Part shown: positions 52,783 to 64,000 of the stretch, piece after piece | Position numbering within the stretch: the first letter of the stretch is position 1 | Layout: every line of letters starts with the position of its first letter | From: Eledone cirrhosa | Lineage: Eukaryota | Direction of reading: 5' to 3' | DNA: 64,000 bases | Assembly: GCA_964016885.1 (NCBI GenBank) | Contig: OZ024756.1 | Span: 22,320,001 to 22,384,000 of the forward strand | Translations under genes and position numbers: made by a program | Notes under the pieces: model-generated | Seen by the model: only the letters and a program-made list of their open reading frames with translations | What the model was told of the DNA's origin: nothing | Databases searched by the model: none

Positions 52783-55045
52783 GTTACATTCTTATATATG
52801 CATGTTCATAGACACACACATACATACATACATACATGCATATATATTCAAATTCTTATATATATATATACATATTCATTGACACACATATACACGCACA
52901 CATATGCACACATACACATATATATGCATACATACATGCATGCATATATATTCACAATCATATATATATATATATACATGTTCATTGACACACACATTTA
53001 CACACATATATACACGCACACATATGCACACATACACATATATGCATACATACATGCATGCATATATATTCACAATCATATATATATATATACATGTTCA
53101 TTGACACACACATTTACACACATATATATATATATATACATGTTCATTGACACACACATTTACACACATATATATATACACACACACATATGCATAAACA
53201 CATATGGGATACTTATTAATTCCTAATATAGGCTATCATCGCAATGCCAAACCTTAACCTCCCTTTATCAGAGCTTTAGTCCTGAGAATCAAACAACTTT
53301 CATAGCTCCACTGATTTTAGCTAATCCTAGTTTTTTCGAACAATTCCTCTTTTCTTTTTTTTTTTTTGCAGTGCAGTAAGAGAAGATTTTGTCAATGTAT
53401 CATCTTCAGTGAATGTAACTGATATGTTTACACCTTTATAGATCTTCTCAGCGAAATATATTCCTTTAGCAGGGTGGCATGATTAGTATATTGTCAAATG
53501 TACATAGAAATTGAAAGGGAAACTATCCGCTGATCTTAAATGCTAAGACGGGGCAGATGAGAAGGTAAACGTGTTATCTGTTTGAATAGTTTCTAATCTT
53601 AGTGGAGCCCTATTATAAAAAAAAACCACAGTTCTATTCTGCCCACGTGGAGATTAGTATGTTTCATTTCAAATTATATACCATGATGCATTTTGCTTCA
53701 TTTTAAATGCATTAATTAATCCACATTGCCAGCGTATGCGTTTTATGCAAATTGGACTGATTAGTTCTGCCAAGTCATTGTTTGTATGCAACTATATTTA
53801 GGTACATATGATTAGAATCTATCTGATGAAGGTCTGAGAATACCAGAAATAAATTACATTTTTTATCGATTCCATTTTTTCTGTTGGAAGTCACTGAAAT
53901 TTTGTGTTAAGACCATTTTGGTTACATATCAGAGCGAGGCTAAAATTGTACGTTTATTACAGAAAGCATACAACATGAATCTCCGTCGATTCCGACGATG
54001 TATGTATCAGTTGTTCTGTCCTCGGTAAAACCTGCTGATAAAATTAACGTGCAATAGAGTGAGTATTCCACAGACACGTGCAACCTTAACTTAATTCTTA
54101 GAAAGCAGAAAGATTCTTTGTAACTCAATATAGGACAAGGCTGGGCCTTTTCAATTACAGAAACTATTCAAATGACTTGTTTCCCAGACAGTTCCCGTCC
54201 ACTGAATTTCATTTACAAGTCATGTGTCGACATGAGACTATGGTAAATGACACTTTGGGATTGACACCGGAACATAACGATTGCGAAGAGAACAATTGGT
54301 CATGCTCGGTAAACACAAAACGCACAAGTATTTCAAATCATCCCACAAAATCTTACTATTGAACAATCTAATATATATATATATATATATATTAGAAAGT
54401 GTATGAGGGAGTTATATCTGTATAAATACAGAGTGTGTAACCGAGACTGCATCAATAAATGTCTGTACATATCTAATATGTAAGCATGGAAATATGCCAG
54501 AAGATTCGAATTTCATCGTAAGTTGAAGATGTGTATATATATATATATATATATATGCGTGTGTGCGCGTGTTTGTGTGTGCGTGTGTGCGCGTGTTTGG
54601 GTGGGTCTATGCATGTGTGTGCGTGCATGTGTATGTGTGTGTGCATGTGGGGATGTATGCATGTGGGGATGTATGCATGCGTGGATGTATGCATGTGTGG
54701 ATGTATGCATGTGTGGGTGTATGTGTGCGTATATGTATATGTACGTACATGTATGTCTGTGTTGGGGTCTGTATTTCTGTATGTATGATTGCGTTTACTT
54801 TAAGTACCTTTACTACAGTCGAATGCCGATCAATTTACCCTCGAGGAAAGTATTTCACGCCATGCCCTCGCCCGACATGATTTCAGAAATAATGGATTTA
54901 AGGATCTAGCAAGATGCCGTTTAAATGTTGCAGCTTCATAACTCATAGCATTTTAGTTACGAGTGGTTTCGTTGCTATTTCTTGCAGATGACTGCTTTGT
55001 TTGATGCGACCTGCTTCCTTAACTCGTTGTCCTTGTATATGTATG

Positions 55046-55111
<66 letters not shown>

Positions 55112-55114
<3 letters not shown>

Positions 55115-55570
55115 CGTTTCTGAATTTGTTTAGCAAGATTCTTTATCTGAAATCGTATGTTGAAACCGATATTGTTATACTTTGGGAGGGTCAACCAACA
55201 GTAAATAAATAAATAAATAAACAAATAGATAAATGAACACAAACACACACAGACACCCGGATGTGGCGCAAGCGCAAACTGAGCACACAACACACACACA
55301 GAAACAAAATGGCGTAGGATAGAAGAAAGGAAAGGCACAGAAACAAAGGAAAGGAATCCCCAGTCACTGAAGAGGTCACAGAGTGTGTGACGAAAGGACT
55401 ATGACTATATATAAACAACTATCTGGTTGTGGAACCAACCAACCAACCAGAAATTTATAAGTTTGTAAATTTGTAAATTTATAAATTTATAAATATATAA
55501 TAAATTGAAGTGAAAGCAACTGGTGCGTGTGTTTCTTATTGGCAACATGACCCTCCCAAAGTATAACAAT
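55112..55570 (+). mobile_element. Fold-back PLE-type insertion (family M): 57-nt tail, 25-bp arms, long sense arm
   Basis: ATATTGTTATACTTTGGGAGGGTCA at 55169-55193 is mirrored at 55548-55572; (TA)n both sides. Confidence 0.85.
55362..55406 (+). ncRNA. Minimal type I hammerhead (family M)
   Basis: AGTCA-CTGAAGA-G-GTCACA GAGTG TGTGAC-GAAA-GGAC-TA-TGACT. Confidence 0.8.
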
Positions 55571-55864
55571 ATATATATATATATATATATATTATATTCA
55601 CCCAGCTTATGCTGATAGAATAACTATGTAGCTTGTGCCTCTTCCTATCTACGGTTAGCTTTTCTCTTTGTTGTTTACTTGTCTCACTCGCTTTACGCGT
55701 TTTAATTGTCCTAATAACTTAATTTAGTTATTATTGCACCAACGTGAGGTATATGATTTTTAATGCAATGAAATACCTATGACCGTTGGCAAATCACTGA
55801 TGAGGGACTCATTTTATAACATGTTATCCATGTGCAACCTGCAGTATTCTTCTCCCCATTTTTT

Positions 55865-55899
<35 letters not shown>

Positions 55900-56151
55900 A
55901 AGTTTGTCTTCATCAGTGGCCATCCAACCGTCGTAGGCATTTCGTCGCATTAGAGGCCATATACCTCAGGTTGGTGCGAGCAACGGCTAAAAAAAAGTCG
56001 TTGGGACACGTAAATAAGGGGGACGCTTATATATACATGCATACATGCATTTCCTGGCGTCGAAAACGCCACTGTTTTCCTAAAATAAGTCTAAAAAAAT
56101 CTACCATGCGTCCTGGAGGCCGAAGGTTGTTTATTATTTATTTTCAAATAT

Positions 56152-56341
56152 GGCGGTGGATTGGCAGTATCGGTAGAGGGTCGGACGCCATGCTTTGACG
56201 CATAGAGTTACGGCCCTTACCATTCTGAGTTTAAATCCCGCCGAGGTTAACTTTGCCTTTCATCCTTACGAGGTCGATAAAATAAAGTACCAGCAATGCA
56301 CTGGGTAATCGTTGGCCTTGTGCCAAAAGCAGAAACAATTA
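56152..56341 (+). mobile_element. Full-length SINE
   Basis: A box TGGCAGTATCGG, B box GAGTTTAAATCC, core and tail. Confidence 0.92.
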
Positions 56342-58083
56342 TTTATTTTCAAATTTTTAGTTGTCAAAATTAGGGGACGAGGCTTCTTCGGCACCGGGAA
56401 ATACGGTATATATCTATATATATATGGTATATATCTATATATATATGTGTGTATGTAAGTATGTATATATGTATGTATGTAATTATGTAACTGTGTAAGT
56501 ATGTAAGTAAGTAAGTATGTATGTAAGTAAGAATGTAAGTAAGTAAATATGGATGTAAGCATGTATGTGTGTATGTATGTATGGCTGTTTGTTAGTATGG
56601 CTGTGTGTTATTATGGCTGTATGTTTATGTATGATGTATACATATTTGTCTATGTATATTTGCATTATGTGTATGCATATTTGTGTATATATATATATAT
56701 ATACATACATATACATGCATGTATATATGTATGCATGTGTATATATTATATGTGTGTATATAATTACACACACATACACACAAATACATATATATATATA
56801 CACACACACAGGTAACCGTGTAAATGAGTGTTGAAATCTTGATTCATTATGTTGCTCAACTGACTCCATATCTGTTTCTTATTCTGTCAATCACTCCTAC
56901 ATATATGTAACTGGGTGCATATATATATATATATATACACAGTGTGTGAGTATATATATATATATATATACGCACACACAAGCATATTTGTATGTATATA
57001 TACATATATATTCATACATATATATATGTATGCGTGTGTACGTATGTATATAAGTATATTTATATACATACCATATATGTGTGTGTGTGTGCGTGTGTAT
57101 ATGTATGCGAGTGTATGTGTATGTATGTATGTATGTATGTATGTATGTATGTATGTATGTATGTATGTATGTATGCGAGTGTATGTGTGTTTATGCGCCT
57201 GCTGGCTGGCGTGTATAACACGTATTTACAGGTATTATAAAGCTGTGAAAATATATAAAATGAGTTTAGAAAATCGATGAAAATGTCGATGAAAAGAACA
57301 TTAAAAGTTTGGCAATTGCATCGAAATTTTCTGTAAAAACTTAACATGAACCATGGCTCATATTTACTACAATTGATTGAAATGAGAGCTTAGCTTGTTG
57401 AAATAGTGAGAGAAATATGTAGCAATGGCGATTAGAACGATTAAAACAGGTCAGTAACTCGGGTTTAAGTTACGTGTTATAAACGTGTGAATACCGATGG
57501 AAATTGCATATCAGACGACATTGTTTCAACACATTTGCGAAGCGAAGTGGCTTTTAAATAACATCTCGTATGCGTGTAAATTAGGAGAGAAAATATGTAT
57601 GGGATGTAAATAAAATGTTGAAAATTATCTACACATATGTATGTAAGTTAAAGTTGTTAGCGTTGAAAACTGATATGAATCGCGAAAGAAAAATGTTGAA
57701 ACTAATTTGAAAATGGTGATTGAATTACATTTTGAAAACTTGGAGAAATCGCATAAGTAACATGTACGAAAGTGGATGTTAATCATCTACGTGAGATGTC
57801 TTCAATGCGTAGAAAATATGTAGGCAGCTGATAGCACAGAAATTATGTAGACTATTGGTAGAAATTACATGTAATACAGGCCAAAAAACGAAGTTGTATA
57901 AAACGAGTAGAAACCTCGTAAATGACAGATAGATATAACTTATATTAATATATTTCAAAATGTTGAGAACATATCAAAGATTCGGTAATCTAATAAATAT
58001 ATAAGATGATAAGACGTGGAATATACAGTTTAAACTTGTAGAAAATGAAAGATGTGGACAATGTGTAGCAAACAGATAGATCT

Positions 58084-58115
<32 letters not shown>

Positions 58116-59914
58116 TTTTGTATATAGCTTCCAGTTGTTAGAACGTTTGATTGAATATTTTACGGTATTCGTTTCGGCTCTCCGCTCTATCAGTTTTCAA
58201 ATCCCGCCGAGGTCTACTTCGCCTTTCATCCATTTGAGGTCGATAAACAAAAGTGTCAGACTAGTAATGAGTTCTATTCCTCCTCTATATCTCTTTTTTC
58301 ACTTCCATTCCCTCACTCCCCCTACCCTTCTCTTGAAGAAAGCTGCTTTGTTCAGTACTGGAGAGGAGATGAGCCTCGCCAGGTTTAAACATACCCTAGT
58401 AACACCGTATATAAATACAGCGCCCCTATGCCTCCCACTGGAGTTACGGAACCATACACACATGCTTGTAAACAGCTTTCATGGTGTTGTAACGAATCTA
58501 TAAAAATAGGTACTTTGAAACAATTGTTTGAAACAAGTAGAAAGCCAAACTCTTGCCGGTTACATTTACAAAGCCATAGACAGACGAAACACTTGTAGAA
58601 AACGGATAGAACTTATGTTAATGTGTGTGTGTGTGTATACAAAATATGGAGAAATGTACTTTAAACCTCCAACAGTAATGACATTCGAAACTAGTTAAAA
58701 ATATAACTCATGCTGGACACCTAGACAATGACAGGGGTTAAAGTAAACTTAGAGTATATTTGGAGGTACGTATATCTGCGTTTATCTCGTCTTCAAGGGG
58801 TAGAATATATATAAAAAATATATGTTGGATCTCCATCGATATCGACGATGATTCTAACAGGTGTTCCATTAGTAGAACCAGTTGCAATTGTAATTAACAT
58901 ACAATTGGCTGAGCATTCTGCTCACACATGTACCTTTAACGTAGTTCTAAAAGAGATTCAGCATGATGTAGTGTGAGGTAAGGCTTACCTTGCTTTTAAA
59001 TTACAGGTATAACTCATTTTTGCCAGCTGAATGGACTCAACCAACGTGAAATAAAATGTCTCGTTCCAAGATACAATGCTCTGACGGGAATTGAACTTAA
59101 GACTTCACAATCTTGAATCAAAATTCCTAACAACTAACACACGCCTCTTCACTGTATTTAAATGCACATTAAATGGCAACAACAACAACACACACACGCA
59201 CGCAAACACACACAGATGTATATATATATTTATGTGTATATATATGTGTGTGTGTATGTTTTCGGTCTGTTCACTACTACAGTCGGTCGATTAATTGATC
59301 AACCAACGTTTGATATATACACACACACACATATATATAAATAAATATATATACACACACACATATATATATATAAATATATATATAAATATATAAGCAT
59401 ATATATATATATAGATAAATATATATACCCCCACACACATATATATATATATAAATATATATACATATATATATATATATAAATATATATATACACACAC
59501 ACACACATATATATATAAAAATATATATAAATATATATACATATATATATATATATATAACTATATATATATAAATATATATATATACACACACACACAT
59601 ATATATAAATATATAAAAATATATATAAATATATATACATATATATATATATAAATATATATATACACACACACAAATATATATATAAAAATATATATAA
59701 ATATATATACATAAATATATATATATAAATATATATAAATACATATACATATATATATATATATAAATATATATAAATACATATACATGTATATAAATAT
59801 ATATACATATATAAATATATATACATATATATAAATATATATACATATATAAATATATATACATATATAAATATATATAAATATATGTACATATATATAA
59901 ATATATATAAATAT

Positions 59915-59945
<31 letters not shown>

Positions 59946-60126
59946 CATATATATATAAATATATATACATATATATATATAAATATATATATATAAATAT
60001 ATATATATACATATATATAAATATATATAAATATATATACATAAATATATATATAAATATATATAAATATATATACATATATATATAAATATATATACAT
60101 ATATACATATATATATATAAATATAT

Positions 60127-60170
<44 letters not shown>

Positions 60171-60495
60171 GTATATATATATAAATATATATACACATAT
60201 ATATATATATTTAAATATATATACACATGTATATATATATAAATATATATATACATACACATATATATATATAACATATATATATATATATATATAATAT
60301 ATATACACATACACATATATATATATACACATATATATATAAATATATACACATATATATATAAATATATACACACATATATACATATATAAATATATAC
60401 ACATATATATACATATATAAATATATATACACATATACACATATATATAAATATAAATATACACATATATATATATATAAATATATATACACATG

Positions 60496-60531
<36 letters not shown>

Positions 60532-60571
60532 AATATATACACACATTTAAGTTTGGTGGTTTACAAACACC

Positions 60572-60603
<32 letters not shown>

Positions 60604-60785
60604 CCACACACACACACACTCATTTATATACATACACACACACATAACTGGTCGAAGAAAACCCTCGTTCTATCTACACACAAATATATATAGAGCGAGA
60701 AAACATAAAACTGATATAATATAGAAAAGTTGGTGTTAAAGCAGCAGTAACTATACAATCTCCTTCACTTTATAAATCGTGGAGT

Positions 60786-61740
60786 TCTCTCTCATTTATC
60801 TCTCATTTCTCTCTCATATCTCTCTCATATCTCTCTCATATCTCTCTCATATCTCTCTCATTTCTCTCTCATATCTCTCTCATTTCTCTCTCATATCTCT
60901 CTCATATCTCTCTCATATCTCTCTCATATCTCTCTCATATCTCTCTCATTTCTCTCACATATCTCTCTCATATCTCTCTCATATCTCTCTCATTTCTCTC
61001 TCATTTCTCTCTCATATCTCTCTCATATCTCTCTCATATCTCTCTCATTTCTCTCTCATATCTCTCTCATATCTCTCTCATTTCTCTCTCATTTCTCTCT
61101 CATTTCTCTCTCATATCTCTCTCATATCTCTCTCATATCTCTCTCATATCTCTCTCACATCTCTCTCATTTCTCTCTCATATCTCTCTCATTTCTCTCTC
61201 ATATCTCTCTCACATCTCTCTCATATCTCTCTCATTTCTCTCTCATTTCTCTCTCATATCTCTCTCATTTCTCTCTCATTTCTCTCTCATTTCTCTCTCA
61301 TTTCTCTCTCATATCTCTCTCATTTCTCTCTCATTTCTCTCTCATTTCTCTCATATCTCTCTCATTTCTCTCTCATCTCTCTCTCATTTCTCTCTCATTT
61401 CTCTCTCATATCTCTCTCATATCTCTCTCATATCTCTCTCATATCTCTCTCATATCTCTCTCATTTCTCTCTCATTTCTCTCTCATATCTCTCTCATATC
61501 TCTATCATTTCTCTCTCATCTCTCTCTCATTTCTCTCTCATTTCTCTCTCATCTCTCTCTCATATCTCTCTCATATCTCTCTCATATCTCTCTCATATCT
61601 CTCTCATATCTCTCTCATTTCTCTCTCATATCTCTCTCATATCTCTCTCATTTCTCTCTCATTTCTCTCTCATATCTCTCTCATATCTCTCTCATTTCTC
61701 TCTCATTTCTCTCTCTCATTTCTCTCTCATTTCTCTTTCA
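60786..61740. repeat. 11-bp tandem repeat TCTCTCTCAT(A/T)
   Basis: Directly visible, about 85 units. Confidence 0.95.
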
Positions 61741-61789
61741 CTTTTCTTTTACAATGAAAATAAAGATGGTAGTGTATAAATAAACGTAC

Positions 61790-61885
61790 CGGAGGTTCGG
61801 ATCGAGGAGTGAACAGAGAAGAATCAAATGACAAACCACGTTTGAGTTTAACAGTTCGTGTCCAAATCTTCCGCCTGAGGGACAT
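61790..61885 (-). CDS. Candidate first coding exon of an unidentified host gene
   Basis: Complex island: ATG..MSLRRKIWTRTVKLKRGLSFDSSLFTPRSEPP followed by phase-0 CCG|GTACGT donor-like site. No homolog recognised. Confidence 0.3.
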
Positions 61886-61939
61886 TTTCCCTCTTAAGAG
61901 TAATACTTCGCCGTTATCCTCAGGGATGCTTGTTGTGAT

Positions 61940-62464
61940 AAGGGTAGTGGTTGTTGTGTTAGGAGGGGTAGTAGTAGTGGTTGTTGTTGTTGTTGTTGTG
62001 ATAGGGTCGTCGTCGATGATGATGTTGTTGATGGTGGTGGTGGAGAAGGAGGAAGGGATGGTGGTGATGGTGGCGGCGGCGGTGACGGGGGTTGGGGTGG
62101 TGGCGGTGGTGGTGGTGATGAAGGTGAAAACTTGCGTCGTCGCCGCCGACGTCGACGTCGTCGTCGGGGTGAGATTAGGGGTCGCCGTGGTGATGGTGGG
62201 GGTGGTAATAATGATGATGATGATGATGGTGATGGTGGTGGTGGTGGTGGTGGTGGTGGTGGTGGTGGTTGTTTTTGTTTTTGTCGTTGCCTTTGTTTGT
62301 TAGCGTTGACGCTTCTGCTGTCGTCTTTGCAGGTACTCGGTTTCGTTAAATGTGTTGTTGTTGTTGTTAGTGTTAATGTTGTTTGTGATGGTGGGGGCGG
62401 CGGTGATGGTGGTGAGCTGCTGCTGCTGCGCTTTAAATATCCTGTTATTGATGATGATGAATAC

Positions 62465-62501
<37 letters not shown>

Positions 62502-63021
62502 GCGGCGGTAGTTATGGTCGTAGTAACTTAGTGCCGGCTATGATGTTATACCTGATGATGGTGACGACGGTGATGATAAGGGTGGTGGTGGTGGTGGTGG
62601 TTGGTGGCGGCGGCGGTTGTTGTTGTTGGTGGTGGTGATGGTGGTGGTGGTGGTGGTGGTGGTGGTGGTGGTTGGTGGTGGTGTTGGTGGTGATTGGTGG
62701 TGGCGGTGGCGGTGGTGGTGGTTGGTGGTGGTTGGTGGTGGCTGGTGGTGGTGGTGGTGGTGGTGCGTCTGTTGTTTTTGTTAATGTTGTTGTTGCTGTT
62801 GTTGTTGTTGTTGGTGATGGTGGGTCCCACATTTACCGTGTACAGCACCAGGTATGTCCGTGTTATTGTTATTACTGTTGTTGTGATGCTGATGTTTGTA
62901 CCGACGACTGCGGTTACTGATGTGATGGTGGTGGTGGTTGTAATAGGAATGGTTAATGGTTGAAATGGTAGTAGCTGTAGTAGTAGTAGTAGTAGTGGCT
63001 GTAGTAGTAGTAGTAGTAGTG

Positions 63022-63054
<33 letters not shown>

Positions 63055-63139
63055 ATAGTAGTAGTAGTAATAGTAGTACTAGTAGTAATAGTAGTAATAG
63101 TAGTAGCTGTAGTAATAGTAGTAGCTGTAGTAGTAATAA

Positions 63140-63180
<41 letters not shown>

Positions 63181-64000
63181 ATGGTGGTAGTAGTAGTAGT
63201 AATAGTAGTAATAGTAGTAATAATAGTAGTAGTAGTGGCAGTAATAGTAATAGTAGAAGCTGTAGTAGTAATAATAGTAGTAGTAGTAATGGTAGTAGTA
63301 GTAGTAGTAATAGTAGTAATAGTAGTAATAATAGTAGTAGTGACAGTAATAGTAGTAATAGTAGAAGCTGTAGTAGTGATAATAGTAGTGGTAGTAGTAG
63401 TATTAGTAGTAGTAGTAGTAGTAATAATAATAGTAGTAGTAGTAGTAGTGGCAGTAATAGTAGTAATAGTAGTAGCTGTAGTAGTAATAATGGTAGTGGT
63501 AGTAGTAGTAGCAGTAATAGTAGTAGTAGCTGTAGTAATAGTAGTAGTAACAGTAGTAGTAGTGATTGTGATGGTTGTTGAGGTGATAGTCGTAGCAGGG
63601 TGGTAGTAACTGTTGTTGTTATTGTTGTTACGGGGGTGGTAGTGGTAGCAACTATAATACTAGTTGTAGTAGTAGTAGTTGTAGTAGTAATAGTAATAAT
63701 ATTAATAGTATTGATTGTGTTGGTGGTGGTGGTGGTGGTGGTGGTATGATGATATTGATGATAGTCGTGACAGTAACAGTGGTGGGGGCGTTGTTGTGTC
63801 GGTATTGGTGGTGGTGGTGGTGGTAATGGTGGTTGTAATGGTGGTGGTGGTGGTAATGGCGGTGGTGGTGATGGTGGTGGTGGTGGTAATGGTGGTGGTG
63901 GTGGTAATGGTGGTGGTAATGGTGGTTGTAGTGGTAATGGTAGTGGTAGTGGTGGTGGTGGTAGTGGTAGTGGTGGTGGTGGTTGTGTCGGTAATGGTGG
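61940..64000. repeat. Mosaic of trinucleotide repeats (GGT, GTA, GAT, GTT)
   Basis: Directly visible. Confidence 0.9.

Noticed and set aside
53823-53860. Further hammerhead-like cores (also about 23536, 36424, 44645 and 46330-46410 minus)
   Set aside because: CUGANGA/CCGANGA is present but stem I, stem II, GAAA or the NUH site is defective. They may be decayed copies.
61897-63606. Pro/Ser/Thr/Val-rich ORFs on both strands
   Set aside because: Trinucleotide repeats with stops in every frame and no domain. An exon cannot be excluded without RNA data.

Overview
AT-rich eukaryotic non-coding DNA full of microsatellites. The SINE families and repeat landscape suggest an octopus/coleoid cephalopod genome (inference). 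Nearly every ORF in the supplied track is an artefact of (TA)n, (CA)n, (GA)n or satellite repeats. No intact host gene is evident; there is one weak candidate first exon at 61790-61885 (-). Recognisable content: about 15 copies or fragments of a tRNA-derived SINE, a second CORE-like SINE, RTE and R4/Dong-type LINE 3' remnants, a decayed Helitron Rep-helicase split by an RTE, a mariner-type MITE, and 22-, 88-, 92- and 11-bp tandem repeats. The main signal is a dense set of short insertions in microsatellites with one shared architecture: repeat / antisense(tail + terminal arm) / sense terminal arm / repeat. This gives long fold-back palindromes with an unpaired 40-100 nt tail. By eye I can fold about 16-17 type-I hammerhead ribozyme motifs from roughly 10 sequence families in or next to them, including core variants (U3-A8 covariation, CCGAAGA, U.U stem-II base). 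One element keeps a Penelope-type GIY-YIG C-terminus, which identifies these as Penelope-like element (PLE) pLTR insertions. The general PLE/hammerhead link is established; the local density, diversity, shared tail motif and family-specific microsatellite preferences are what merit follow-up. All folds and translations were done manually and no database was searched.
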